In this document: positions 1 to 9,316 of the stretch, one piece after another
Layout of the letters: each line of letters starts with the position of its first letter
How positions within the stretch are numbered: the stretch's first letter is position 1
NCBI GenBank assembly: GCA_049972095.1
Contig: JBMFKQ010000005.1
Coordinates: forward strand, 17,431 to 61,982
Origin: Elusimicrobiales bacterium
Lineage (GTDB): Bacteria; Elusimicrobiota; Elusimicrobia; Elusimicrobiales; UBA9959
Reading direction: 5' to 3'
Length of the DNA: 44,552 nucleotides
Program-made: the position numbers and the translations under genes
Notes under the pieces: generated by a model
Told to the model about the DNA's origin: nothing
Databases searched by the model: none
What the model saw: only the letters and a program-made list of their open reading frames with translations

Positions 1-18
1 ATCCTTTAAAACAGAGCT

Positions 19-1056
19 ATGGAAAAAGAGAATAAAGATTTTGAAGAACTTGTGAGAGATCTTAACTCACTTCTTGAGAAAATTCCTGATATGATAGGTA
101 AGCCAGAAGAGCAGATTTCTAAAATGGATGAGAAAGATCAAGAAGCTGATAATAAATCTGATACAGAGTTGCAGAATTTAAGCGATATTGAAAATTTTAT
201 AATAACACCACAAGCATCTGATGTTAAAAATAAGGATGTTGATAGCAGTGCTAAGAAATTAGAAGATAATCAGCAGGTTTTAGATATTGATAATGAAGAA
301 GAGAAAAAGAAGGATGATGTCAATGAGACTTTAAATCATAGTGCTGATGACATAAAACTTGAGCCTCCTGATGAGATGGTTATCCATAATGAAGATATAA
401 ATCAGTTCTCAGATGAGATTAAAACTGATATTCAAGTAGAGCAAAGCCCTGTTACATCACCATCCAGTTATGACATTGAATTAGATAAATCTGAAGAAAA
501 GGATAAAGATGAAAAGAGTTTTGAAATATTAGACTCACACCAGAAAGAAAAAGAATTTAGCGTTGATATTCAAAGTAGTTTTTTTGAAGAAGAACATCAA
601 ATACAGTGCACAGAAAAACAAAAGGATTTCAATAACCTTTTACTTTCAGATGAGTTGAAAGATATAATTTATGCCAAAAAACCCTCTGATGTTAGCGATG
701 AAAGGGTTAAGAAGATAGGCTTAGTATGTTCAATTAATGGTGAGACTGTGCTTAAGCACTTTTTAAGATATTTGGATGAGATATGTTTTTCATCAAAGAA
801 TAAAAAAATGTTTGTTGAAAGAAGTTTTGTTTTATTTTATGATGAAAACTTTTCAGTTGAGAACTTAATTATAAATGCTGGGAATGAAAAGGTTAATGCA
901 GTTGTGCTCATTGGTGAGATTCCTGTTGATAAAGTCTATGAGATTAAAAACGCTGTGTCTCAAGCAGGCTATATCTTCTTTTCGTTTAGCATGAAGAATC
1001 TTTCAAGATCCGAGGTTATTGATTTTGTTCTTGATTTAATTGCGGGAAGTGTATGA
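19..1056 (+). CDS. Hypothetical protein: long acidic low-complexity N-terminal region plus ~115-aa alpha/beta C-terminal domain shared with the next gene
   Basis: 345-aa ORF; in-frame TAA at 7-9 fixes the start; D/E-rich to about residue 230; ATGA overlap with the next gene. Confidence 0.85.
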   Translation: MEKENKDFEELVRDLNSLLEKIPDMIGKPEEQISKMDEKDQEADNKSDTELQNLSDIENFIITPQASDVKNKDVDSSAKKLEDNQQVLDIDNEEEKKKDDVNETLNHSADDIKLEPPDEMVIHNEDINQFSDEIKTDIQVEQSPVTSPSSYDIELDKSEEKDKDEKSFEILDSHQKEKEFSVDIQSSFFEEEHQIQCTEKQKDFNNLLLSDELKDIIYAKKPSDVSDERVKKIGLVCSINGETVLKHFLRYLDEICFSSKNKKMFVERSFVLFYDENFSVENLIINAGNEKVNAVVLIGEIPVDKVYEIKNAVSQAGYIFFSFSMKNLSRSEVIDFVLDLIAGSV

Positions 1057-2753
1057 TAGGAAAGTGGGAGATAAGAAAGATTGGTTCAAAAAAGGCACTT
1101 CTGCTTAAGGGAGATTTCAAGGATATTGTAAATATAATCAAGAAGATTGGACCTGTGCTTTCAAGACCTGAAAGGCTTTTGAAAGGGGATTATAATTTCA
1201 TAATGTATATACTTGAATCTAATGATTTAACTGAGGAAAAAATAAAAAAAGCAATAGAGAACATCACCTCAAAAATTACAGAGAAAAAACAGAAGGTCCT
1301 TGAGAAGAAAGAAGATATAAAAGATTTATCTAAGGACAAAGAGGTTGAAATACCAATGCCTGATTTTGAGGTTAAGCTTGAAACTAAAGAGGAGAAAAAA
1401 GAAGAATCTATAATAATACCTAAAGGTGGTCCTGTAACTCCAAAGAGAATTTCCGAAGACTCTGTAGATAAAAAAGATGGGAAAAAAACTGAGCAAAAGC
1501 CTGATCATAAGAAACTAACACCTCCTCCATCACCAAAGCTTTCCCAAAGAAGCATAGATAGACTCAAAATGCGCTGGTCAATAGAGCTTCCATTAAACCC
1601 AACATTGAGCTTTCAGACGCTAATCACTGGTTCTCATAATAGATTTGCTCATGCCGCAAGCATGGCAGTAGTTGAAAATCCTGGTGTTATGTATAATCCC
1701 ATACTGATATGGGGGCCGATAGGGAGTGGAAAATCTCATTTCATACACTCAATGTCTTATGGACTTTCATCAACAATGGGACAGAAGAATATATTTGTTA
1801 CAAATGGGGTTAAGTTTTCTGTTGGTGTCACGCTTGCAATAAAAGAAGGTTTCATAGACAGCATTGCTCAGCTAATAGAGAACTCAAAGGTTATTATAGT
1901 TGATGACATTCATCTTATGCTCATAAACAAGGAGAATAAGGCTTTTATAAGCAAGGTTATATCTGATTGTATGAGCTCAAACAAGCAGGTTATTTTCTCA
2001 TCACTCTTCTCGCCAAAAGAGCTTGAGCCTCTTGAATCAATGCTTGGTATAGAAATATCTCAGGGGTGGATGGTGGATATAAAGCCACCAAATCCTCAAA
2101 CATACAAAGCCATACTCAATCAAATACTTACAAATATGGATGTAAAACTTAGTGAGGATGATATAAAAAGGTTTTTTGTTGATAGATCTTTGGATTTTAG
2201 AACACTAACGGTGATGCTTTTTAGAATGAAGAAACTTGAAAAATACATCTCATCACAGAAACAATCTTTGTTGCATCAAGATCTGCTTGATATGCTTTTT
2301 GGTGATAATGATGATCTTTCTTCACCAACTCCCCAGGAAATAAAAGATGTAAACAGATATGCATCATCACCTGACAGCTTTTATAAATGGGGGATCTTCT
2401 ATCCAAAGGGCATGAAGGATTATGTTAACTATGTTCTTTACAAACTTTCGCAAACCTTTTCAAGCATAATTAAAACAAGCTTAAGCTGGTATCTCGTTTT
2501 TGAGGAGGAATATGATCCTGAGGAGGTCTATGGTGTAGCTTTCAAGATTGGGAACACTGTTCTTGAAAAAAATGTCAATGGCATAATAGTCATAGGACCC
2601 CAACCAACAAGTCCACTTGCTGCCAGGGAAGCTGAATTTAGACATCTCGTTGACAAGATAGTTGAGAGTTTAAATGTTAGAAGTGCCTGGATATATTCAT
2701 CACGCCTTAAGTCCCAGTCCAACTACCTCAATGCACTTCTTGATCTGATATGA
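1053..2753 (+). CDS. DnaA-like AAA+ ATPase-domain protein without DnaA domain IV (not a canonical initiator)
   Basis: LNPTLSFQTLITGSHNRFAHAASMAVVENPGVMYNPILIWGPIGSGKSH matches the DnaA domain III start and Walker A; Walker B VIIVDDIH; no recognisable domain IV helix-turn-helix. Confidence 0.85.
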   Translation: MIGKWEIRKIGSKKALLLKGDFKDIVNIIKKIGPVLSRPERLLKGDYNFIMYILESNDLTEEKIKKAIENITSKITEKKQKVLEKKEDIKDLSKDKEVEIPMPDFEVKLETKEEKKEESIIIPKGGPVTPKRISEDSVDKKDGKKTEQKPDHKKLTPPPSPKLSQRSIDRLKMRWSIELPLNPTLSFQTLITGSHNRFAHAASMAVVENPGVMYNPILIWGPIGSGKSHFIHSMSYGLSSTMGQKNIFVTNGVKFSVGVTLAIKEGFIDSIAQLIENSKVIIVDDIHLMLINKENKAFISKVISDCMSSNKQVIFSSLFSPKELEPLESMLGIEISQGWMVDIKPPNPQTYKAILNQILTNMDVKLSEDDIKRFFVDRSLDFRTLTVMLFRMKKLEKYISSQKQSLLHQDLLDMLFGDNDDLSSPTPQEIKDVNRYASSPDSFYKWGIFYPKGMKDYVNYVLYKLSQTFSSIIKTSLSWYLVFEEEYDPEEVYGVAFKIGNTVLEKNVNGIIVIGPQPTSPLAAREAEFRHLVDKIVESLNVRSAWIYSSRLKSQSNYLNALLDLI

Positions 2754-4582
2754 TTGCTCCTCTATTCATCTTTTTATCAGCATTTTTTGTTTCTTTCTGG
2801 TATATTAGATTCAGATATGTGCTTCCACTTCACAAGAAGATTGAAGAGTATAATAAATTCTACTTATCATTTGAAGATTTTATAGAATCTATCCTTTCTA
2901 CTGCAGTTTCATTCCGTAAAGAAGATTACCTCAATCTTACAAACATTATCTTAATAAAGTTTAACAACATAGTATCCGATGCATCTTTTTATATTGTTGA
3001 GAAAAAAGAGGATAATGTAAGCATTATAGGCGCTATAAACAAGGGTAATTTCAATATGGATCCTTCAAAGATTAAAGACATAGTTTTTTCTGCAAAGGAT
3101 GAGCTTTCATACATAGAAAGAGCTGATATATTTGAAGAGGAAAAAAAACATTTTGCTGTGATATCTCTCAATGATGGATTAAAGAATATCAGTATTGTTG
3201 CTATGATAAATGAAGAGGATAAGGATACTGTTTTAAGGTATTTCAGATTTATACTTCTATTCTTGAAAACCTTTCTTAATTATTACACTGAGATAGAAGA
3301 AAGAAACAGAGAGATAAAAAAGCTTAAGGCAGAGCTTGATGGTATAATTAAGGAGCTTGAAAGTCAGGAAACAAAGCTTATAAAAAAGCACAAGGAGGCA
3401 AGGCTTATATATGAAGGCATATCCACAATAAGCTGTGAGCTTGAAAATCCTGCCTCTTATCTCATAGAGCTTATTTACAGAACTATTACGCCTCAATTTG
3501 TGGTTTGCTTCGGTTATTCCAATGAGGATAATAAACTTGTAGCTCTTTTCACACAGCCATCTAACATCCAGATTGACTATAGAGTGGATCTCACAGAAGA
3601 GCAATCACCACTTACAAAGGTGTTTATCAATGCAAATCCTATGTATATAACTGACGAGCAAGATATAAGATCAATACCTTTTGTAAAAGACACAAATAGT
3701 CAGACTCTGCTTATTTTCCCTGTTATGACAGCAAAGAGAAAATATGGAGTAATAGTCATTTCTGATAGTAAAAAGAGAAAATATTCTCAGGATGATTTAT
3801 CACTGATTGAGATATATTCAAAACAGCTTGCACTCTTTATGAATCTTTCAGATCTATATTCAAAGATATCACAATATGCTATAAAGATGGAGAGTCTAAA
3901 TAAGATAAAGGATGAGTTTATAGCATCGGTAAACCATGAGATCAAAACACCTCTTACAACCATAAAAGGATTTCTTTCTGTTCTTCTTAATGGTGATGCG
4001 GGTTCTCTTAATGACCAGCAAATAGCATTTCTTAACCTTGTTGATCAAGCAACAAATAGATTAATAAATATAGTTACAAATCTTCTTGATATATCAAAGC
4101 TCACTTCAAAAGCAGATATAGAGATGGAAAAAGCAGATCTCATACAGACCATAAATACCCTTTTGCCATCGTTAAGAATGAAGGCATACTCTAAGAATAT
4201 AAGAATCATTTTTAATTCTGAGATTAAAAATGCTATGATTAAGATGGATAAACACTGGATAGCTCAGGTTATAAACAATCTTGTAGATAATGCAATAAAA
4301 TATTCCATGCCGTCAAGTGTTGTAAATATATCTGTTTATGATAAAGGAGATGTTGTGATTTTTTGTGTTGAGGATCATGGATATGGAATAGATGAAGAGG
4401 ATAAAAAATTCATATTTGAGAAATTTTTTAGAGGTAAGAATGTTTCTCTTAATACACAAGGCAGTGGGCTTGGTCTTGCAATAACCAAAACAATAATAGA
4501 AAAACACAATGGAAAGGTATGGTTTGAGTCAGAAAAAGGAAAGGGGAGCAAGTTTTATTTTGCCCTAAAAAAAACAGAATAA
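2750..4582 (+). CDS. Membrane-anchored GAF-domain sensor histidine kinase (HisKA + HATPase_c)
   Basis: N-terminal hydrophobic helix; GAF-like LLIFPV...YGVIVI...YSQDDLSLI; H-box NHEIKTPLTTIKG; N-box NLVDNAIKYS; G1 DHGYGI; F IFEKFFR; G2 GSGLGLAI. Confidence 0.93.
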   Translation: MIAPLFIFLSAFFVSFWYIRFRYVLPLHKKIEEYNKFYLSFEDFIESILSTAVSFRKEDYLNLTNIILIKFNNIVSDASFYIVEKKEDNVSIIGAINKGNFNMDPSKIKDIVFSAKDELSYIERADIFEEEKKHFAVISLNDGLKNISIVAMINEEDKDTVLRYFRFILLFLKTFLNYYTEIEERNREIKKLKAELDGIIKELESQETKLIKKHKEARLIYEGISTISCELENPASYLIELIYRTITPQFVVCFGYSNEDNKLVALFTQPSNIQIDYRVDLTEEQSPLTKVFINANPMYITDEQDIRSIPFVKDTNSQTLLIFPVMTAKRKYGVIVISDSKKRKYSQDDLSLIEIYSKQLALFMNLSDLYSKISQYAIKMESLNKIKDEFIASVNHEIKTPLTTIKGFLSVLLNGDAGSLNDQQIAFLNLVDQATNRLINIVTNLLDISKLTSKADIEMEKADLIQTINTLLPSLRMKAYSKNIRIIFNSEIKNAMIKMDKHWIAQVINNLVDNAIKYSMPSSVVNISVYDKGDVVIFCVEDHGYGIDEEDKKFIFEKFFRGKNVSLNTQGSGLGLAITKTIIEKHNGKVWFESEKGKGSKFYFALKKTE

Positions 4583-4583
4583 T

Positions 4584-5759
4584 TTATTTCTGCCATTTGT
4601 GAGCTACTGACTTTATTCTTTCTATTGCTTTATTTATATTCTCAAGCGAGTTTGCATATGAAAATCTTAAATATCCTTCTCCAAAACTTCCAAAGCATGT
4701 CCCACTCAAAACTGCAACTCCAGCCTCATAAAGCAGTAGCTCAGCCAGCTCCTGAGATTTCATACCCGTGCCTTTTATATTTGGGAAAACATAAAAAGCA
4801 CCTTTTGGTGTCCTGCATGAAAACCCTGGTATTTCATTAAGCCCTTTAACTATTGCATCTCTTCTTTTCTTAAACTCTCTTACCATTTTTTTTACAGAGT
4901 TCTGGGGACCTCTAAGTGCTTCAATTAGAGCCTTTTGACCAAAAGCAGCAGCACATGAAACTGAGTTTGTAATTAGCTTTGTTATATAAGGAGCAAGTTT
5001 CGAGGGACACAATCCATATCCAAGCCTCCAGCCTGTCATTGCATATGTTTTTGAAAGTCCATCAAGCACCACGGTTCTTTCTCTCATACCAGGATAAGTT
5101 GCTATCGATGTATGCTCAAAACCATAGATTATCCTACTGTATATCTCATCTGAAAGAACATAGATATGTGGATTTTTTTTAAGTATTTCATATATCTCGT
5201 CCATCTGTTGTTTTGTTATAACACCACCTGTTGGGTTTGCAGGTGAGTTTATAATAAGAAGCTTTGTTTTAGGTGTTATTAGCTTTTCAAGATCCTTGGG
5301 ATCAAAGTTGAAATCATTTTCTTCTCTTATATGAAGTGAAACAACCTTACCTCCAACAAAATTAACAAGAGATTCATATATAGGATATGATGGATTTGGA
5401 CATATAACCTCATCACCCTCATCAACAAGTGCAAGAATTGTGTAAAGCATCACAGGCTTCCCACCAACAGTTATAACAACATCATCAGCTCGTGCAGAAA
5501 TACCAGGCCTTGTTTTATTTAGATAATCAGCAACAACCTCTCTTGCCTCAAGTATTCCTGCTGATGGTGTGTAGTGTGTAAATCCATTTTTTATCGCCTC
5601 AACTCCAGCCTTTTTTATGTTTCTCGGAGTATCAAAGTCCGGCTCCCCTATTTCAAGATGAATTATATCTTTGCCTTCTGCCTCAAGTTTTTTTGCTTTT
5701 GCAAGAACCTCAAATGCAGTCTCTGTCCCAAGCCTATTCATTCTCGAAGCTAAATTCAT
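4584..5759 (-). CDS. PLP-dependent class I/II aminotransferase (aspartate aminotransferase-like)
   Basis: GEPDFDTP, NSPANPTG, SDEIY, SKTYAMTGWRLG (PLP lysine); strong GGAGG RBS. Confidence 0.93.
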   Translation of the reverse strand: MNLASRMNRLGTETAFEVLAKAKKLEAEGKDIIHLEIGEPDFDTPRNIKKAGVEAIKNGFTHYTPSAGILEAREVVADYLNKTRPGISARADDVVITVGGKPVMLYTILALVDEGDEVICPNPSYPIYESLVNFVGGKVVSLHIREENDFNFDPKDLEKLITPKTKLLIINSPANPTGGVITKQQMDEIYEILKKNPHIYVLSDEIYSRIIYGFEHTSIATYPGMRERTVVLDGLSKTYAMTGWRLGYGLCPSKLAPYITKLITNSVSCAAAFGQKALIEALRGPQNSVKKMVREFKKRRDAIVKGLNEIPGFSCRTPKGAFYVFPNIKGTGMKSQELAELLLYEAGVAVLSGTCFGSFGEGYLRFSYANSLENINKAIERIKSVAHKWQK

Positions 5760-5790
5760 ATCTCCCTCCTCCTTTAAAGCCTCTAACTCA

Positions 5791-5819
5791 ATTTTACAAT
5801 AGTATTTTTAATTTGTCAA
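5791..5819 (-). promoter_or_regulatory. Sigma70-type promoter for the aminotransferase
   Basis: Minus strand TTGACA (5819-5814), 17-nt spacer, TAAAAT (5796-5791). Confidence 0.7.
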
Positions 5820-5821
5820 AA

Positions 5822-5830
5822 TGATAAAAT
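5822..5830 (+). promoter_or_regulatory. Extended -10 element (TGnTAAAAT) for the SIS-mltA-namZ operon
   Basis: TGATAAAAT 8 nt upstream of ATG 5839; no Shine-Dalgarno. Confidence 0.45.
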
Positions 5831-5838
5831 AGCTTTGT

Positions 5839-6837
5839 ATGAATGGTATGAAAGATACTAAAACATATAAGGATATATTAGAAATACCTGCCCTTCTTAG
5901 AAAATTTGATGAGATTAACTCATCACTTCCATCTTTTTTGAAAAAAAACGATGAATTTTTTCTTATCGGAAGAGGAAGTTCTGGTAATGCTACACTTTTT
6001 GCCAAATATATATGGGAAAGCTACTGCGGCAAGATAAGCAACATAGTTCATCCATTTTCCATATTCAACTTAAAAAAGAATTTTAATATGAAGGGGAGAA
6101 CTGTTTTTTCTTTTTCTCAGTCTGGAAGAAGCTATGATGTTGTGGAGTGCACTAAAAGGCTTAAAAAAATGGGGGCAAATATTGTTGCCGTTACAAATGA
6201 GCCTAATCTTAAAAAAAACACACTTGCATCTATATCAGACTTTCACATACTTCTCTCAAACTCCCCTGAAATACCAGTTGCTGCTACAAAAAGCTTCTTG
6301 CTTCAGCTATGGGCTATTTTGAGAATTTCTAATTTTCTTGGAAGTGGTTTTCCTCAAACAAGATTTAAGAAAAGTATAGAGGAGATAGAGTGGGTTATAA
6401 AAAACTTTGAGAGAATAATAAAACTTGATACTGAAATGCTGATAAGATCAAGGGTTGTAGGATTCATTGGAAGAGGACCTTTCAATGCTATCTGTGAAGA
6501 TGCAGCACTTAAATTCAGAGAGATGGCTCAGCTTCAGACACTTGCCTATTCAGCAGCAGAATTTCTTCATGGACCTATTGGAGCATTCACTAAAAGAGAT
6601 TATGTTGTAATACTCTCAAGAGGGAAAAAACTTACAGATGATCTTAAACTTGTTTCTGATAAACTTAGCATCAGAAAGGTTTGCTGGTGTGCTGTAAAAC
6701 CATTTTCAGACAACTATCCCTTTAACACTCTTGCAGTTGATGTTTTTATGAAGCTTGTAGCTCTTTATGTTTCTGTTAAAAAGGGATTAAATCCAGATAA
6801 TCCAGTTGGTCTTTCCAAGATAACATATACCTTTTAG
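5839..6837 (+). CDS. Double SIS-domain protein, probably glucosamine-6-phosphate deaminase (NagB-II / GlmS isomerase-domain-only)
   Basis: GRGSS, SQSGRS, VAATKSF, EDAALKFRE, AEFLHGP, C-terminal NPDNPVGLSKIT; no glutaminase domain. Confidence 0.8.
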   Translation: MNGMKDTKTYKDILEIPALLRKFDEINSSLPSFLKKNDEFFLIGRGSSGNATLFAKYIWESYCGKISNIVHPFSIFNLKKNFNMKGRTVFSFSQSGRSYDVVECTKRLKKMGANIVAVTNEPNLKKNTLASISDFHILLSNSPEIPVAATKSFLLQLWAILRISNFLGSGFPQTRFKKSIEEIEWVIKNFERIIKLDTEMLIRSRVVGFIGRGPFNAICEDAALKFREMAQLQTLAYSAAEFLHGPIGAFTKRDYVVILSRGKKLTDDLKLVSDKLSIRKVCWCAVKPFSDNYPFNTLAVDVFMKLVALYVSVKKGLNPDNPVGLSKITYTF

Positions 6838-6846
6838 GGAGGCATT

Positions 6847-8127
6847 ATGAAAAGGGTGATCCTTATTGGATTAGTTTTTTTTGCATCATGTTATTCAAAC
6901 ATAAAAAAACAGCAGGATTTATTACTCAAATATACTGCTGTGCCAAAATGTAAAGAGGATGAGGTGCTTGTATGTAAAAAGATTGAGGTTAGAGAGGCTG
7001 ATATAGTCAAAGCTGATGCAAAAAATATAAACTTTGAGTTTCCATTAGACGAAAGCTTTAAAAAAGCTCTTGAGATGAATATAAAGTATCTTACTAAACT
7101 TGATCGCGAGATAAAATATAAATTTGCAGATAGAATCATTGATAAGAACACCCTTGTCTTATCAGCACTAAAACTTAAAGATATTGTTGAAAGTTCTACA
7201 AATGCAGATGAATTTAGAAAGAAGGTTATTGAAAATTTTGATTTTTATGAGCTTGTTAAGGGAAGTGAAGCAGTGACTTTTAGCTCATATTATGAGCCTA
7301 TTTTTGAAGCAAGTTTTAAAAAGGATGAAATTTACAGGTTTCCTATCTACAGAAAACCTGATGATATGGTTGAGGTAAACCTTGAAGATTTTGATGCAGA
7401 TAAATACAAAGGGCAGAAACTAACAGGAAGGCTTTTAGGCACAAAGATGCTGCCATACTATTCCAGAGAAGAGATAGATTTTGATGGCATTCTTTCAGGT
7501 AAAGGATATGAGATAGCATATCTTAAAGATATAACAGATCTGCTTGATCTTCATACTCAGGGTTCTGGAATACTTAAGATAAGAGAGGGGGGATATAAAA
7601 GAGCAAGGTTTGCTGCTACAAACTCACTTAAATTTAAAGGATGGATGAGCACACTACTTGAAAATGGATATATAGAGAGAAAAGGAGCTATTGGGGAAGA
7701 TAAAACATTTTATGATAGAGCAAAAGATTTTATAAATAAAAACCCACAGCTATGGCGACAGATTATATCTCAAAACAAAAGATATGTATTTTTTTATCTT
7801 GATGATCTAAAGTCATTTGACGAAGGGCCAATTGGAAGCTATGGCTTAAGCCTTGTTGCCCACAGATCCGTTGCAGTTGATAACTCTCTGATACCTCTTG
7901 GAACTGTTGCTTTTGTGAGTTTGGAACTTCCCGATATTGATGAGAGTCTAAATTTTAAAGGTTTTAAACCTTCAAACAGATTTGTATTTTGCCATGACAC
8001 AGGAGGTGCAATAAAGGGAGCAAGGGTTGATTATTTTGCAGGAACTGGTGATAAGGCTAAAAAATTTGCCTATTCAGTGTGGAAAAAGGGAAATTTTTAT
8101 CTTATGGTTGCTAAGGAAAAGATATGA
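6847..8127 (+). CDS. mltA: MltA-family lytic murein transglycosylase lipoprotein
   Basis: Lipobox-like FASC; SYYEP, HTQGSG, N..YVFF, AVD...IPLG, 3D motif DTGGAIKGARVDYF; GGAGG RBS. Confidence 0.9.
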   Translation: MKRVILIGLVFFASCYSNIKKQQDLLLKYTAVPKCKEDEVLVCKKIEVREADIVKADAKNINFEFPLDESFKKALEMNIKYLTKLDREIKYKFADRIIDKNTLVLSALKLKDIVESSTNADEFRKKVIENFDFYELVKGSEAVTFSSYYEPIFEASFKKDEIYRFPIYRKPDDMVEVNLEDFDADKYKGQKLTGRLLGTKMLPYYSREEIDFDGILSGKGYEIAYLKDITDLLDLHTQGSGILKIREGGYKRARFAATNSLKFKGWMSTLLENGYIERKGAIGEDKTFYDRAKDFINKNPQLWRQIISQNKRYVFFYLDDLKSFDEGPIGSYGLSLVAHRSVAVDNSLIPLGTVAFVSLELPDIDESLNFKGFKPSNRFVFCHDTGGAIKGARVDYFAGTGDKAKKFAYSVWKKGNFYLMVAKEKI

Positions 8128-9314
8128 AATCTCTTTTAGCTCATATACTTTACTTTGCTTTCTCGCTTTCATCCCAAGCAGAGCTATTGACAGGGATAGA
8201 TATTCTTGAAAAAAATAATTTTGATATTCTTAAAGGCAGAAGGGTAGGCCTTATAATAAACCACACATCGCTGGATAGAAATGGTAGAAGTGATGTAGAT
8301 GTAATGATTGATGCGGGGGTTGATATTAGAGCAATTTTTAGCCCTGAGCATGGTTTTATGGGAAATGAGAAAGCAGGTGCAGATGTGTTGGATTCATCAT
8401 ACAGAGGTATTTCAGTATATAGTCTTTATGGTAAGAATAAAAGACCGGATGATAAAATGCTTGAAAATATTGATACACTTGTCTTTGATATTCAGGATGT
8501 TGGAGCAAGATTCTACACATATCTTACAACGATGGGATATGCCATGGAAGAAGCAGCTAAGAAGAAAATAAGATTTATTGTTCTTGACAGACCAAATCCT
8601 ATTTCATCTTCAATTATGGAAGGTCCTGTCCTTGATGATGATATAAAGGCATTTACAGCATATTTTGCTGTGCCTGTAAGACATTCTCTTACAGCTGGTG
8701 AGATGGCTATTTTTCATAAGATTAAATCAAATATCGATCTTGAACTTTATGTGGTTAGGATGGAAGGGTATAAAAGGGATATGTTTTTTGATGAGACATC
8801 AATTAAATGGGTTAACCCTTCGCCTAACATAAGAAATCTAAATACTGCTATTCTCTATCCAGGTATAGGATGCTTTGAGGCGACAAATATCTCTGTTGGA
8901 AGAGGCACTGATATTCCTTTTGAATTTTTTGGTTCTCCCTGGCTTGATAATTCAAGGATCAGTGATGAGCTAAACAAAAGAAAACTTAAAGGGGTTGAGT
9001 TTAAGCCATGCTACAGAGTTCCTTCCGAGGATCTTTATGCCGGTGAGGTAGTTAATGGGGTTTGTATTAAAGTTACAGACAAAAGAAAGGTTAGAGCATT
9101 TGATATTTTTGTAAATGCAATATATTTGATAAATGCCTTTTATCCTGATAAGCTTGTTATAAGAGAGAGAGAAATCACACTTATGACAGGGAGCAAGGAC
9201 TTTTATCTTCTTCTAAAAAATGGAGCAACGCCAAAACAAATAGTTAGAAGATATAACAAAGCTTTAAAAGATTTTAAAAAATACCTTAAGAAAAACAATA
9301 TAAAGCTCTATTGA
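8124..9314 (+). CDS. namZ: Exo-beta-N-acetylmuramidase, NamZ/DUF1343 family, with signal peptide
   Basis: RVGLIINHTS, FSPEHG, FDIQDVGARFYTY, LDRPNP, PSPN, SVGRGT. Confidence 0.88.
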   Translation: MKSLLAHILYFAFSLSSQAELLTGIDILEKNNFDILKGRRVGLIINHTSLDRNGRSDVDVMIDAGVDIRAIFSPEHGFMGNEKAGADVLDSSYRGISVYSLYGKNKRPDDKMLENIDTLVFDIQDVGARFYTYLTTMGYAMEEAAKKKIRFIVLDRPNPISSSIMEGPVLDDDIKAFTAYFAVPVRHSLTAGEMAIFHKIKSNIDLELYVVRMEGYKRDMFFDETSIKWVNPSPNIRNLNTAILYPGIGCFEATNISVGRGTDIPFEFFGSPWLDNSRISDELNKRKLKGVEFKPCYRVPSEDLYAGEVVNGVCIKVTDKRKVRAFDIFVNAIYLINAFYPDKLVIREREITLMTGSKDFYLLLKNGATPKQIVRRYNKALKDFKKYLKKNNIKLY

Positions 9315-9316
9315 AA

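Noticed and set aside
1053..2753. Calling this gene dnaA and the region oriC
   Set aside because: No domain IV, no dnaN/recF/gyrB context and no DnaA-box cluster; only scattered one-mismatch boxes inside genes (near 3419, 12511, 23071)
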